Part shown: piece by piece, positions 43,324 through 58,759 of the stretch
Numbering within the stretch: position 1 is the first letter of the stretch
How the letters are laid out: each line of letters opens with the position of its first letter
NCBI RefSeq assembly: GCF_009914755.1
Contig: NC_060926.1
Strand: one strand, 5' to 3'
Length of the DNA stretch: 64,000 nt
Origin: the human T2T-CHM13v2.0 reference genome, Homo sapiens
The notes under the pieces: model-generated
What the model saw: the letters and a program-made list of their open reading frames with translations, nothing else
Databases searched by the model: none
What the model was told of the DNA's origin: nothing
Made by a program: the position numbers and the translations under genes

Positions 43324-43439
43324 GAGCTTTATTTTTAAAAAGCACTAAATTCTGTGGTATGGCCCTTAAAGGAAATAGAATAATGACAACAAACAGAGAG
43401 ATCAATATAGCTAGGAGCCTTTATGTAGTAGATGGGAAA

Positions 43440-43940
43440 TTACATGTTTTGTATTTAGCATATATTTATTGATTGCCAGCTAGATGTTAGGCTAGCTGTG
43501 TACTGGAAATGCAAGGTGGAGATGGAAAAAGAAAACCAATAACTCTGGTCTCTAGTAATTTAGGTGAAGAGAAAACATTTAAACAAATAAAAGTACGTGC
43601 ACGTGATTTGGATGTAATAGGTGTTGTTCTGGTTACTTGGGCTTTCAGTATGAGAACAATTTGACACAATAAAAAGGGAAATAAGGGTAATTACTATTCG
43701 GAAAATAAACCAAGCCAAAGCATGGTTGCAGACATCAGTGTGATGTGACTTTGAACAATGAGGAATCTCTCAGGCAAAAGTAGAGAAAAGGAGACATCAC
43801 ATTTACTCTAGAAAAAATAAATAAATAAAGACAATTTTTAAGGGCATCAAATATCAGGATGAGAATCTTAAGCTTCATTCTATAAACATAGAGGACATAA
43901 AATGTTTTTGAACAATATTGGATTTAGAAACTGAAACACT
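43440..43940 (-). mobile_element. L2 fragment
   Basis: 'atttagcatatatttattgattgcc...ctggtctctagtaatttaggtgaaga...gaatcttaagcttcattctat'. Confidence 0.5.
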
Positions 43941-44799
43941 GTCTCATCAATTTAATCAATGGCAAGTTTTAGTGAAAATATTTTAAATAATAGATTATTT
44001 TTAATTGTCCAAATACTGTTTAAATCTGCTTTTGATTATGTGTCTTCATAGACACAGAAATAAATCTCTTTTCAAAAAATGAATAGGTAAAAAAATATAA
44101 AGAAAGGTAGGTTGATATAGTGAAAGGTTATTGGTTTATATATACTTTCATTGTGTGTTCATCCGGCAGTTGAAGCCAGCATGTTTGTGAGCCTTAGAAA
44201 TTATTAGTGTTTCCTATTCTGAACCTTTTGTTAATAAAATGTAGAAAATAATACCCAACTATTAGATATGCTTTGAAAACTAAGCACAAAATGAATAACA
44301 CATTATAATATTAGCTAAAAATTTGTCTCTTTCTTTGAAGAAAGGCAGCTTTCAAAAATAGCCAATGAATCAATTAGGTGTGAGTCAAATTGTCAATTTG
44401 TATTTTCATGTTCATTTTCTTCTCATAGATTTGATTTAACTGATTAAGCCATAGATTTTATTGGATTACTAATTATAATGGTACACATATCTTAAGATTC
44501 AATTATTAATTTAATTTTCATATTATAAATGCAATTTGTATTTTGGTAATAATCTCATGGAATTGTATAAAATGAAACTTTTAATTTTATAAATATTTTG
44601 TCAGTTAAACCTCTTACCAAAAGAGGAGTTTGGTATGGATATTCTCAGATTAGTTTCTATGCAAATATAAATATTTAAAAATTGTTTACACACATTATTA
44701 TTATACCACATATAACACATGCACATAAAAATAAAAGTCATGATAGTGTAAAGTGACATAAATTAAAAGACTAAAAATATTTTTCCTGCCAAAACTTCA

Positions 44800-45640
44800 A
44801 TCACATTTATATTTTAATTTTAAGCTTTATAGTTTTTAAATATTTTGACATTGTATTAATTCTAATGTAATAAATTAATAAATATAGAGTTATAATTATT
44901 TTTAGAGATTTATGTGTGTGGTTGCACCTATTAATAGTGACTTTTTTTTATTGCTGTGTAATACCCCATTATATAAATATACCTGAAAGTAAAATCTGCA
45001 TTTTACTACTAACAGATGTTTGAGTTATTTCCAGTTTGGAGCCATCATAATACAAATATTTTGGAAGCTGTTACCACTCATTTCTCTTAGTATATTGCTA
45101 GCTATGGAATTGAAGAGTCATAGAATGTAATATGACAACCTGTAATAACATAGCCAAACCATTTTCAGAAAGATTGTACCAATTACTATAAATCCTCATC
45201 AGACACTGATATTGTCTGGGTTTTATTTTTTTTTATCTTGACATAACCTTGTGTTTGTATAATAATACCTTATGTTCTTGTATTTGCATTTTCCTTATAA
45301 CTAATGTTAGCCACTGTCTCGTGTGTCTATTGTTCATTTGAACATCCTCTTCTGTACAATGACTCATCAGATATTTTGCTCAATTTTTATTGTCATTTAT
45401 ATTGGTTTGTACTAAATTTTATATGTCATAGACAAGAATCTATTATCATGTATGTACAATGAAATATAGTTTTTTACTTTCTGATTTATATTTCTATTTT
45501 CTTAATATATCAGTTGTTTAATAGAAGTTTATAATTTTAATAAATTATATTATCTATATCACTTTTAGTGTCCTATTTTCTTTTCACTTGAAAGTCTAGG
45601 ATCATAAATTTATTTTGTGTGGTGTATAGGTATTATGTTA
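44800..45640 (-). mobile_element. Ancient L1ME 3' region, antisense
   Basis: 'tttttattgctgtgtaatacccc', 'gagttatttccagtttggagcc', 'tatttgcattttccttataactaatg'. Confidence 0.65.
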
Positions 45641-45649
45641 TATTCTTGG

Positions 45650-48600
45650 GCCTACAGAGGCCTGAATGCTTGTACAGAACTGTATGGATGGCCAAGAAAT
45701 ACCTGTTAAAGCTTCAGTCTGACCTCAAGGGCATGTACAATTAGGAAGTGATGGCTAAGGTAGTGTTTTAAACTGCTTGAGCCTTGAAGAGGTGTTCTAA
45801 CCTACATACAGAGTCCCCTAAAACAATGCAGAAATTTTGAGAAAATCGATATACAAGTATTGGCTGAGACTTCAATGGATGCACATTGCAGGGAATTCAG
45901 CTGTTATAAAATTAGTCCAGGAAAGACATTAAATAACAACAACAAACAGACAGCAAAATCAACAACAACCAACACCTTATGAGCAACAACAAACCCAAAG
46001 AATCTGCAGAATGTCATTTCCAGAGATGACATATTATTTTCTAATATTTCCATGATTTGAAAAAAATTATGAGGAATGCAAATAAAAAGAAAAATACAGC
46101 CAAGCAAAAATTAATCAATAGCCATTGTCCCTGAGAAAGAAGAGATGTTGAGTTTACTAAACAAATATTTCAAATTAGAGTTTATAAATTTATTGAAAAT
46201 AGTAAAGAAAACCAAGTCTAAAAAATTAAAGAAAAAAATGACAAAAATGCCTCATCATATATATAAAATAATAGATGAGATAAAATTATAAAAGGACACA
46301 AGTAAAAAATGTGAAGTTGAAAGAAAGAAATTAGTAAAGAGGCTCATCAAAAGAATAAAGATGGCAGAACAAAACATCAGCAGAACTGAAGACAGGTTAA
46401 CTGAAATGATCAAGACAGAGACACTGACAGAAAAAAATAGCAAAATGGCAGACATGAATTCTCCTTTATCCATAATCACAGAGAAATAAATGGATGACAT
46501 ACATGATTAAAAAGCAGAATGGCACAATGCATTTAAAAACAAACAAAAATTATATGGTTCAACTATGTACTTCAGATTAGAAATCACAAAGTTCAAAAGT
46601 AAAATGTTAGAGAAAGATATATCACACAAATAGTAACTAAAGAAACTGAAAGCTTCATTAATTTAAGACGAAATAAACTTTAAGACAAAAGTTATTGCTA
46701 GAGACAAGGGGGGAATTTTATAATGATAAAATAATCCATGGGAAAAATTATTAACATATACATGAAATAAAAAGAGCCCCAATGGGCATTTAAAAAATAC
46801 CAGAATTCAAGAAAAAAATAGAAAAACTATAGTAGTTTCAGACTTTAATATCCTTGTTTTAATAATGGATAGAACAATTATCCAGAAGATCAAAAAGGAA
46901 ATAGATTTAAACAATACTGTTCATCAGCTAGCGCTCACTGAAATCTATAGAATGTTTCAACAGAAACAAATACACATTTTCCCAATCACACTTGGAATAT
47001 TTTCCAGGATAGACCAGAAACTAGGCCATTAAAAAAAAAATCTCAGTAAAGTTAAATTAATTAAAATAATGGAAAGTATGTTGTACAACAACGTAATTAA
47101 TTAGAAAGTAAAAACAGAGGGAAGAATAGGAAATTTAATAATATATGTAAATTATATAGCTCACAGCTAAATAATCAGTGAGCCTAAAATATTTAATAAA
47201 AGAAATTAGAAAATAATTGAGATGAATGTAAATAAAAACAATAAATATAATGTCTGAGATGTAGCTAAGCAGTGCTTAGAGGGGATTAATAATGCAAATG
47301 GCTATATTTAATAACAAAACAAAATATCAAACAGTAACCTAATTTTTCACCTTCTGAAACTATAAAAGGATGAACAAGCTAAACACAAAGAAGCAGAAGG
47401 AAGTAAAAATAAAGATTAGAGTAGACAGGGGGATTAAAGAGAGAAAAACAACAAAATCGGTAAATCAAATGTTGGTTCTTTAGCATAAACCAGTATAATT
47501 GATTTGTAAACATATTAGCTAATAAAAAGTAACTCAAATTATTAAAATAAAAAGTGCAAATGAGAGCATCGTTGACATTATAGAAATATAAATAATTATA
47601 AGAAAATACTGTTAATTATGACAAACAAGAAGTATTATATCCTAGATTTAAAAATGTGCCCAGACCTATAATGATTTCAATAATATATTAGCTATTTAAA
47701 ACCATCTCACAAAGAGTTCAGGCTCAGATATGTTACACTGGTGAAACATTTAATGATGAATTAATACCAATCCTCCACAAACTCTTTTAAAAGTAGAAGA
47801 AATTGTTTCAACTAATTATATGAAGCCAGTATTTTTCTGATACCAAAATTTGCAAAGATATCACAGAAAAAAAAGCTATACACTAATATCTCTTTAATAT
47901 AGACTTGAAAATTCTCAAAAAATACTTCTATATTGATCTAAGCAATATATAAAAAGAGATTATACACTATAACTAAGTAGAATTTACCCCATCAATGCAA
48001 GTTCTATTTAAAATCTGAAATGCAATACACAAATTAAAATAATAAAGGGTAGAAACACCCTGATTACCTCAATAAATACAGAAAAAACATGCAATTAAAT
48101 CTAAAGCATTTTCAATAAAAACAGAGCACACTAGAAATAAATGGGAACTTCCTCAGTTTGATAAAGAGTACCTACAAAAACCCAAAGCTGACATCATACT
48201 TACTATTTTTCCACTAATATAAGAAATAAGAAAGATAAGGATGTGTACTCTTGCTACTTCTAGTCAACATTATAATAGAGATTCTAGCCAGGGTAATTAG
48301 ACAAGAAGAAGAAATACAAAAGCCATCCATATTGTGAAAGAAGAAATAAACCTCTCTATATGCAAATAGCATGGTCTTTTGTATGGAAAATCATGAGGAA
48401 TCCACAAAAACTATTCAAATTAATAAATAAGTTGAACAAAAGTTTGTAGGAAACAAGGTCAATTTACAAAACTGAATTATTTTTCTACACATTGGCAATG
48501 TATAATGCAAAACTAGAATTAGAAAACAATTCCATTTATAATAGCATTAAACAGAATAAAATACGTAGGAATAAATGTAACAAGCATGACAGGCTTGTAC

Positions 48601-49092
48601 TCTAAGATCTAAAAAATGTACATAAAATAATTAAAGAAAATCTATATATATGGAAAGACATCCAATATTTATGAATCAGATTTAATATTGTTAATAGGGC
48701 TACACTCACCAAATTGATTAAAAAATTCAACAGAATCCCTATCTAAATCCTAGCTGACAATTTTGCAGAATATGTAAAGCTGATATTAAAATTTCTATGG
48801 AAATGTAAAGAATCTAGAATAAACAAACAATCTTGTGAAAAAAGAACAAACTTGTTAGGTTCACCCCTTTCAATTTCAAAACTTAACACAAAGCAACATT
48901 AATCAAAACAGCGTATGCACTGGCATAAGCATAGGCATGTGGACCAATGAAACTGAATTCATTTTCCAAAAATAAACCCTTGCAGTTACAGTCAATTGAC
49001 ATTTGATAAGGGCAACTAAACATTTGATGAAGAGAAGCAAATAGCCTTTTCAAAAAATGTTGCTTGAAGTACTGGATACCCACATGCTCAAT
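45650..49092 (+). mobile_element. Ancient L1M (5' region, partial ORF1, most of ORF2), decayed
   Basis: Collinear ORF2 landmarks: 'cagactttaatatcc' (GDFN), 'ttaataccaatcctccacaaactc', 'ttcctcagtttgataaag', 'tctagccagggtaattagacaagaa', 'caattgacatttgataagg'. Confidence 0.88.
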
Positions 49093-51470
49093 AATCACAC
49101 GAAGCCAGTCAGGTAAAGCCTTTGTAATTGCTACAGTAATATGCCTAAGTAAGATTTTCTTTGTGTTTACTCTTTTTGGTAGAGGTAGTTCTAAAACTAC
49201 CGGCTTAATATATTTCTATAGCATTGAGCATCTTCTGCATTATTTCTCCGGTATTGCTATTGCTCCATGTGCCTCTTCTCTCCTTATGGGAATCCAGTTA
49301 CACGTAAGCTAGACCTTCTGTATCTTATATTTCAGTTATGCTGTTTGTTCTTCTCTGCTTCCACATCTTTTATTTTTCTGTTTTAGAGTAGACCAATTCT
49401 ATATTGTTCTTAGAAAAACCTGTTGTTAAAAACAAATGAGATTTTACATTCCCATCCAATGAAATTTTACATTCAGGTATCTGAGCTTGAGCTACTAGAA
49501 TGTCAATTTCATTCTTTTTATGTAGATTCCAAAATCCTATTCAAAATCTCCAATTTTTTTTACAGATTAAGCCTCAATTTTCTGATCATTTTATCATATC
49601 ATTTAACTCCGAATTAGGCAAAATGACTAACAAGTTAATACTTTTGAAAACACTTTGGTCATTATTTCTCTTCATCCTCCACATTGTGTCAGTTGTCATG
49701 ATATTTACATTATTATTACACAATGTATCAACAATTTTCTTTTTGGACAGTTTAATTATTTTGAGGAAATGCCTCTTTTGTCTGAAAAAAAAAATTACAG
49801 TTTCTTTCCTCTTCTGATCTCTGTTTGAGCATGTGTCTTCCATGTTAAATCATTCATTGCAGTTCATTGCCATGGCAACCATAATCACTGGAGGCCTATG
49901 CAACAGATCTTCCTGAGTGAGAACAATGCCTGATTCCGCTGGGGATTCCAAGTTTGAAGACTGTAAATCTTGAGCTGGTAGAAGCTACCTTTTCTGCAAT
50001 ACTCAGGAAGCTTAATTGTAGGATGATATTAATGAAAGAGAAGATTACAGCTAATATGAATAAATAAGTAGAACTGAACACGTAATAAGGGTCCTTAGAT
50101 TCAGCAATTCATAAATAAAGGTCCACCCTGGGACTTCCAAGTCAATTGAGTCAAGTCCTTATTATCATGACTATACTTTGAGTTTTTATTGCATTATGCA
50201 CAACTAAAATGTTTGAATTAAAATAAATATGATTTACACTTATATTATTTGAATTGTGGGTCCTAATATATATTATTATAATGTAGATGCTACTCACTGC
50301 AGGACCAAGTAGTGAGACAGAATATTCTTTACTTCTTTGTCATCCAGTCATTGCTATTCAAAGGAGGTATGACAAGTGTTATACAACAAATGTGTTAAAT
50401 TTATATCACTGTAAGGTGATCAAAATGATGTCACAATTTAATTTGCCTCATAGTTGGACCATTATTTCTTTTCCATTTTTTCTACCAACAACAAATATCA
50501 AGCCTTCACTATTTTAGTCATGCTATTTTCTATATGAATATGCATTCTCTTAGAAGACATTTTTCTCTCACCATCCCTCCTCAGAGTTTCCCTTTTAATA
50601 AGCTAATTATATTTTACATTGCCTGCATAGGTGTGATCCTAAAACTTCTGTTACTGACTTTCCTGCCTAAACTATTTTTTCTTGGATTTCCATTTTTTAA
50701 CTTTTTTTCAAGTGAGTGACAAATTAACTGAATTATTAAATAAACAATTATAATGCATTTTAACATTTAATTTGCAATATTTTATTTAATATGTTTACAT
50801 AAATATTCATTTATAATCTTTACTTTTGATTTATAATTCTCTAATTGTAATACATTTGTGTGTTTAGGAGCCACTAATGTACTCATTTCAAATAATCTAT
50901 TCACAAAAATATGGGCTTCATCCTTTTGTTATTGGTCTTGGAAAATAGAGTGGTTGTCCTATTATTTGGCTAAGAATATTTGCCAGTACATGAAGCTATC
51001 ACAGGGGCTGAGTATATATACATATGTGTACATATTCGCATATTTTATGTTTCTATGCTTTTTATCAATATCATAATCTATATATGCTTATAAATCATAA
51101 TTACTTTATAAACCATTCTTTTGGAGGTAACTATTAAAGAAAACATCTGAATAGCAAGAAATGCATTTAGTGAATATTTGGCTATTGCATGTCAGTTGCT
51201 GTTCTAGGCATCAGGTTACAATTGTTAACAGACATAAATGCTTTCAGAAAGTATACTTTTACATAGCTGTCTATATCGTGAAGACGAAGATTTTTTTCAT
51301 TTTAAAAACATTAGCAGGTAAAAAAAACCTACTTATAATTTTAAGTAAATTTTATGGAAATATTGTATAGTATTTTACTACTGAAAGAAACATTCCTGTT
51401 AAGGAGAGTGGGGCCAGAGGATTGTGGAACAGATATGACTTATCTGTTCACAGCCTTAAGGGATTATTCT

Positions 51471-51471
<1 letters not shown>

Positions 51472-51512
<41 letters not shown>

Positions 51513-51527
51513 GTCTATCTATCTATC
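51472..51527. repeat. Tetranucleotide STR (TATC)10 TGTC (TATC)3
   Basis: Counted directly from the sequence. Confidence 0.96.
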
Positions 51528-51785
51528 TTTCTATCATCTATTTATCTACATGTGATCATTCTATTTATGTATGTGTACATATATGTTATCTTATTTAATT
51601 TCATTAAAAAGTTATAAACTATAAGGTGGCATTATTATATTTATTTTTACATGTAAGGAAGTTATTTGAGATTTTATACTTCATCCAGGTTATCCAACTG
51701 GTTTCAACCTGTAATTTTAATCAACGTCTCTGTGACTCCAGGTGTATTTTTATGGCCTAGTATGTTGCATGTAGATGAACTGAGA

Positions 51786-52173
51786 TGATATTATTTGAAT
51801 GTTTGTCTTCTCCAAAACTTATGTTAAAACTTAATTGACATTGTAACCACAGTAAGAGGTGGGACTTTTAAGAGGTCTTTGGGTCACAAGGATTCTGCCC
51901 TCATGAATGTACAAATATTATTATCCGAGAAGTGGGTTCCTTATGGTGGGAGTGTGTTCTCTGCCTCTTGCTCATTCTCTTTTGCTCTCTTGGCACTTCC
52001 ACCCTGTGACATCTTCAGCTATGTTATGACACAGCTAGAAGGCCTTAGTCAGAAGCTGGCACCTTGATATTGTACTTTCCAGACTCCTGAACCTTAAACC
52101 AATCAATTTCTGTTCATTGTAAATTACCCAGCCTGTGGTATTCTATTATAGCAGCACAAAATTAACGAAAGCA
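51786..52173 (+). mobile_element. MST-type MaLR solo LTR
   Basis: 'aagaggtgggacttttaagagg...ctgccctcatgaatg...gtaaattacccagcctgtggtattctattatagcagcacaaaa'. Confidence 0.87.
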
Positions 52174-52379
52174 TAGGAGTTCAAATTATTTTTAATCGAG
52201 TTTGAAACTTGAAATTCCAAGTTAAATATCTGCAACTGATAATAACATTACCATGTTTCCTGCTTTCTGCCTATATCTAGATTAAAATATGAATAAACTT
52301 ATTTTATTGCCCCAAATAAAACTTTTTACATGTGTCCCATAGTTTTAGGATACAGGTTAAGCTAAAATATCATTTAAAA

Positions 52380-52855
52380 TGTACCATATGATTTGTATCC
52401 TATCTTTCTATCGTCTCATTTTTGTTATACCCCCATTAATACACTAAGATGCAGGTACATTCAGATTTTCTCCTCTTCTTGAACTTTTCATGTTACTTCC
52501 CCATTTTTAGAAGGTTGTATATGCAGTCCTTTATATATGAAACACCATTGTCTCACCTCTTCATCAAGCTAACTCTTAACTGACCATTGAGTCTCAGCTC
52601 AACCATTGCCTGCAAAAATAACTTTTTCTAAATTTCTAAGGCCAGATTATGTATCCTTTATACATATTTTATAGCACACTGTACTTTCCTTTCTACTGAA
52701 TTTATTACTCTGCACTGTGATTGCTAATTTAGTTTTTGTATCATCTGCTTAATTTGAGATTCCAAATTAAGAAAAATCCTGTTCCTTTCTTGTTCAAAAT
52801 TCATCTCATGTACTGAGTCTCATATCTGATTTCAATGGATACTTATTGAATGGTG
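52380..52855 (+). mobile_element. L2 3' fragment
   Basis: 'ctaactcttaactgaccattgagtctcagctc...'; ends 'caatggatacttattgaatg'. Confidence 0.6.
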
Positions 52856-54224
52856 CAACTGTTCATTTGACAACAGCAAATAATTTATTTTGAATAAGGG
52901 CCATCTGAGTGCTAAGCTTCTGAGTAAAATAGATAACAGCAATGAATTCTACTCCAAAAGCATAATCTTCATAAAAAACTTGCAGGCAATTTCAGTTGTA
53001 AGATTCTCTATATCCACAGTTTGAGTTTATTGTATTATGGAACAATTGATATTTCAAATGAATGATTTTATTTATGACTCTCTGTATATATTAAACATGC
53101 CAGGATATTGTATTCTATGTGTATGAAACATATTTCAATTGTACAACATAAGTCTGTAGGGTTTGGAGAGTAGGGTACCTTAATTAACTTCATAATAAAA
53201 TACTGAATCTGTTCCTTTCCTTTCTGTGTTGTGTAATCATGGAAACTTTTTGGTTTGAATAGACACGAAATGTCAATTACGGCAAAAGGATGTACATTTT
53301 AACGATTTTACCCAAAACAACATTAAGGTTGGATTATATCTCATTTAATTGAGTGTGGTTCCTGATACTTTTGTTAGTGGTTGACAACACAGAAAGAAGC
53401 TGGCTCACTTAATACCACTTGTGACCTGATAAGAAGAGTCAATTCTGAAATGTGCATGTTTTTCAAAATATGAAATTATTTCTGTCCTGGGGCAACATAT
53501 TCAGAAGGAAAGTGAATTTATGTCACATTTTCAATGATCAAGAGGAATTGTTCTAATTAACAAGATCACACAAGGAGTGGAAAAAATCAGTAATGTAGTC
53601 TGTCATTAATCAACTAATTTCAATACAAGAGGCAGAGTCATTGATTCTTGTTGCACATTGTGCATGTTTCCAACACTGATGAACTGTAGTGAACTAAATT
53701 TCTAATTTATAGCACCTACTCTACAATTTATGACTTTCAGCTTTATTGGAGGAAATCTACTTGCCCAATTTTAGGTTCTATTTTTAGTTAGTAAAATATA
53801 TTAATGTTGTTGCCATTATTTTATAATACCTAAATGATATACATCAATTTAGTATACAATTACTCTCAGAAGAAAAACATTGTATTTTTTCTTTCTTCTT
53901 TGTTAACAACATATATATTAAAATCATCTAATAAGAAGTAAAATATGGTATTTATTTAGCAAAAGAAATATTATAGCAATGACTTAAAATATTCATGATT
54001 ACTGGGAACATTTACAGATTTAAGGTACTTGTGTCACTTTTTAAACTTCTAATAGTTTTTAGCTTTATAATCTACACAATAGAAAAAATAATGATAGTAG
54101 CTTCTTAGGATTATACTGAGAATTTAAGGAGCTATGCAGATAAGTACTTAGTATAATGCTTTACACATGGTAAACTCCCAAAAGAGGCTATTTGTTATAA
54201 TTGAGATTAAAGATTAAGATTGTG

Positions 54225-57538
<3,314 letters not shown>

Positions 57539-58123
57539 GATTGTGATTATTAATATTGGCACCTTTTCTTTTTGGTTGAATTTTCCATTTAGCACTTTCA
57601 TTCTATTTTGTTAATAACAAGGTAATTGTATATATCTATCATTCAATAAATGAGCAGATCTCAGTATCTCAGAATCTAATCATGATTTATTTTATTGCCC
57701 AAAGGTAAGGATAATTCAAATGTCCCCTCCTTTTTTTTTAACTTACATTTATAACCACTTCTCTGTAGTTTAGCTGTAGTTTATTTCATTGCAACAGTGC
57801 CTTAACTTTATTTTCCTCTGTATTCTTTGCTAATTAAGTTAATCTTCTGCCACACAAAGAACCACTGAGTCCTTTGTCACTTTTGGTGTTTTATTTTTTT
57901 AAATGTCATAATCATAGCTGCCTGGAAGATGGGATTCTCCTCTCAGGAACGTATCACATAAATATAGACACTTAAGAAAAGGAAAGATTAGAGAATAGCA
58001 TATGGAAAAAATAGGAGAAGATTGACACACATACCTAAGAATTTTAAAATGTTTTGAAAGACTAGTTCTTAAACCACTAGAACATGAAAATCATCTGGTA
58101 TCTTTTTTAAAATAGTAATACTT

Positions 58124-58530
58124 TGTGTCTTAATCAGTTCAAGATCACATAGCAAAATACCACAGACAGGGTGGCTTAGACAACAAAAACTTATTCCTCA
58201 TGGATCTGGAAGTTGGGATGTCTGAGATCAAGGTGCAGCATATTCTGTGTCTGGTGAGAGTCTGCTTCCCAGTTTCCAGATGATCGTCTTGTTGTGTCTT
58301 CACATGATAGGAAGTAGAGATGGGAGGGTAGAGGGCATCAGGGTAGGGAGAGAAGGGACACTCTTGTGTCTCTTCTTGTGAAAACTCTATTCCCATCATG
58401 AGGGCTACACCCTCAGTATCTCATCTAAACCTAATTACCTTCGAAAGCCCCACCTCCTAATATCATTACATTAGGGCGTGGGGTGTCAACATAGGAATAT
58501 TCCTGGGGACACACACTTTCAGTCCATAAT
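58124..58530 (-). mobile_element. MLT1A-like MaLR LTR
   Basis: 'aaaataccacagacagggtggcttagacaac...ctgagatcaaggtg...ctaattaccttcgaaagccccacctcctaatatcattaca...ttcagtccata'. Confidence 0.88.
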
Positions 58531-58759
58531 ACCTGGTCATTCCTGGGCCACTTCTCCTTCATATTAATAAACCATAATTTTTCAGTAGGTTTCTGCAGAA
58601 TTTTTTCATTAATCATTTTGCATGCTATTCTTTGTGCTTGGAAGACTCCTCTCCTGCAATGACAGAACTTCTGCTAAAGGATATCCCCAGACTATGAGTT
58701 AGAAATATCCTCATTTTTAGGCGCAGTAGCCCTTGTTCAAAAATGTTATATGCCATGAA

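Noticed and set aside
51427-51449. 9-bp stem hairpin gaacagata-tgact-tatctgttc
   Set aside because: Too short to exceed chance expectation in 64 kb of AT-rich DNA, and there is no RNA-gene context.
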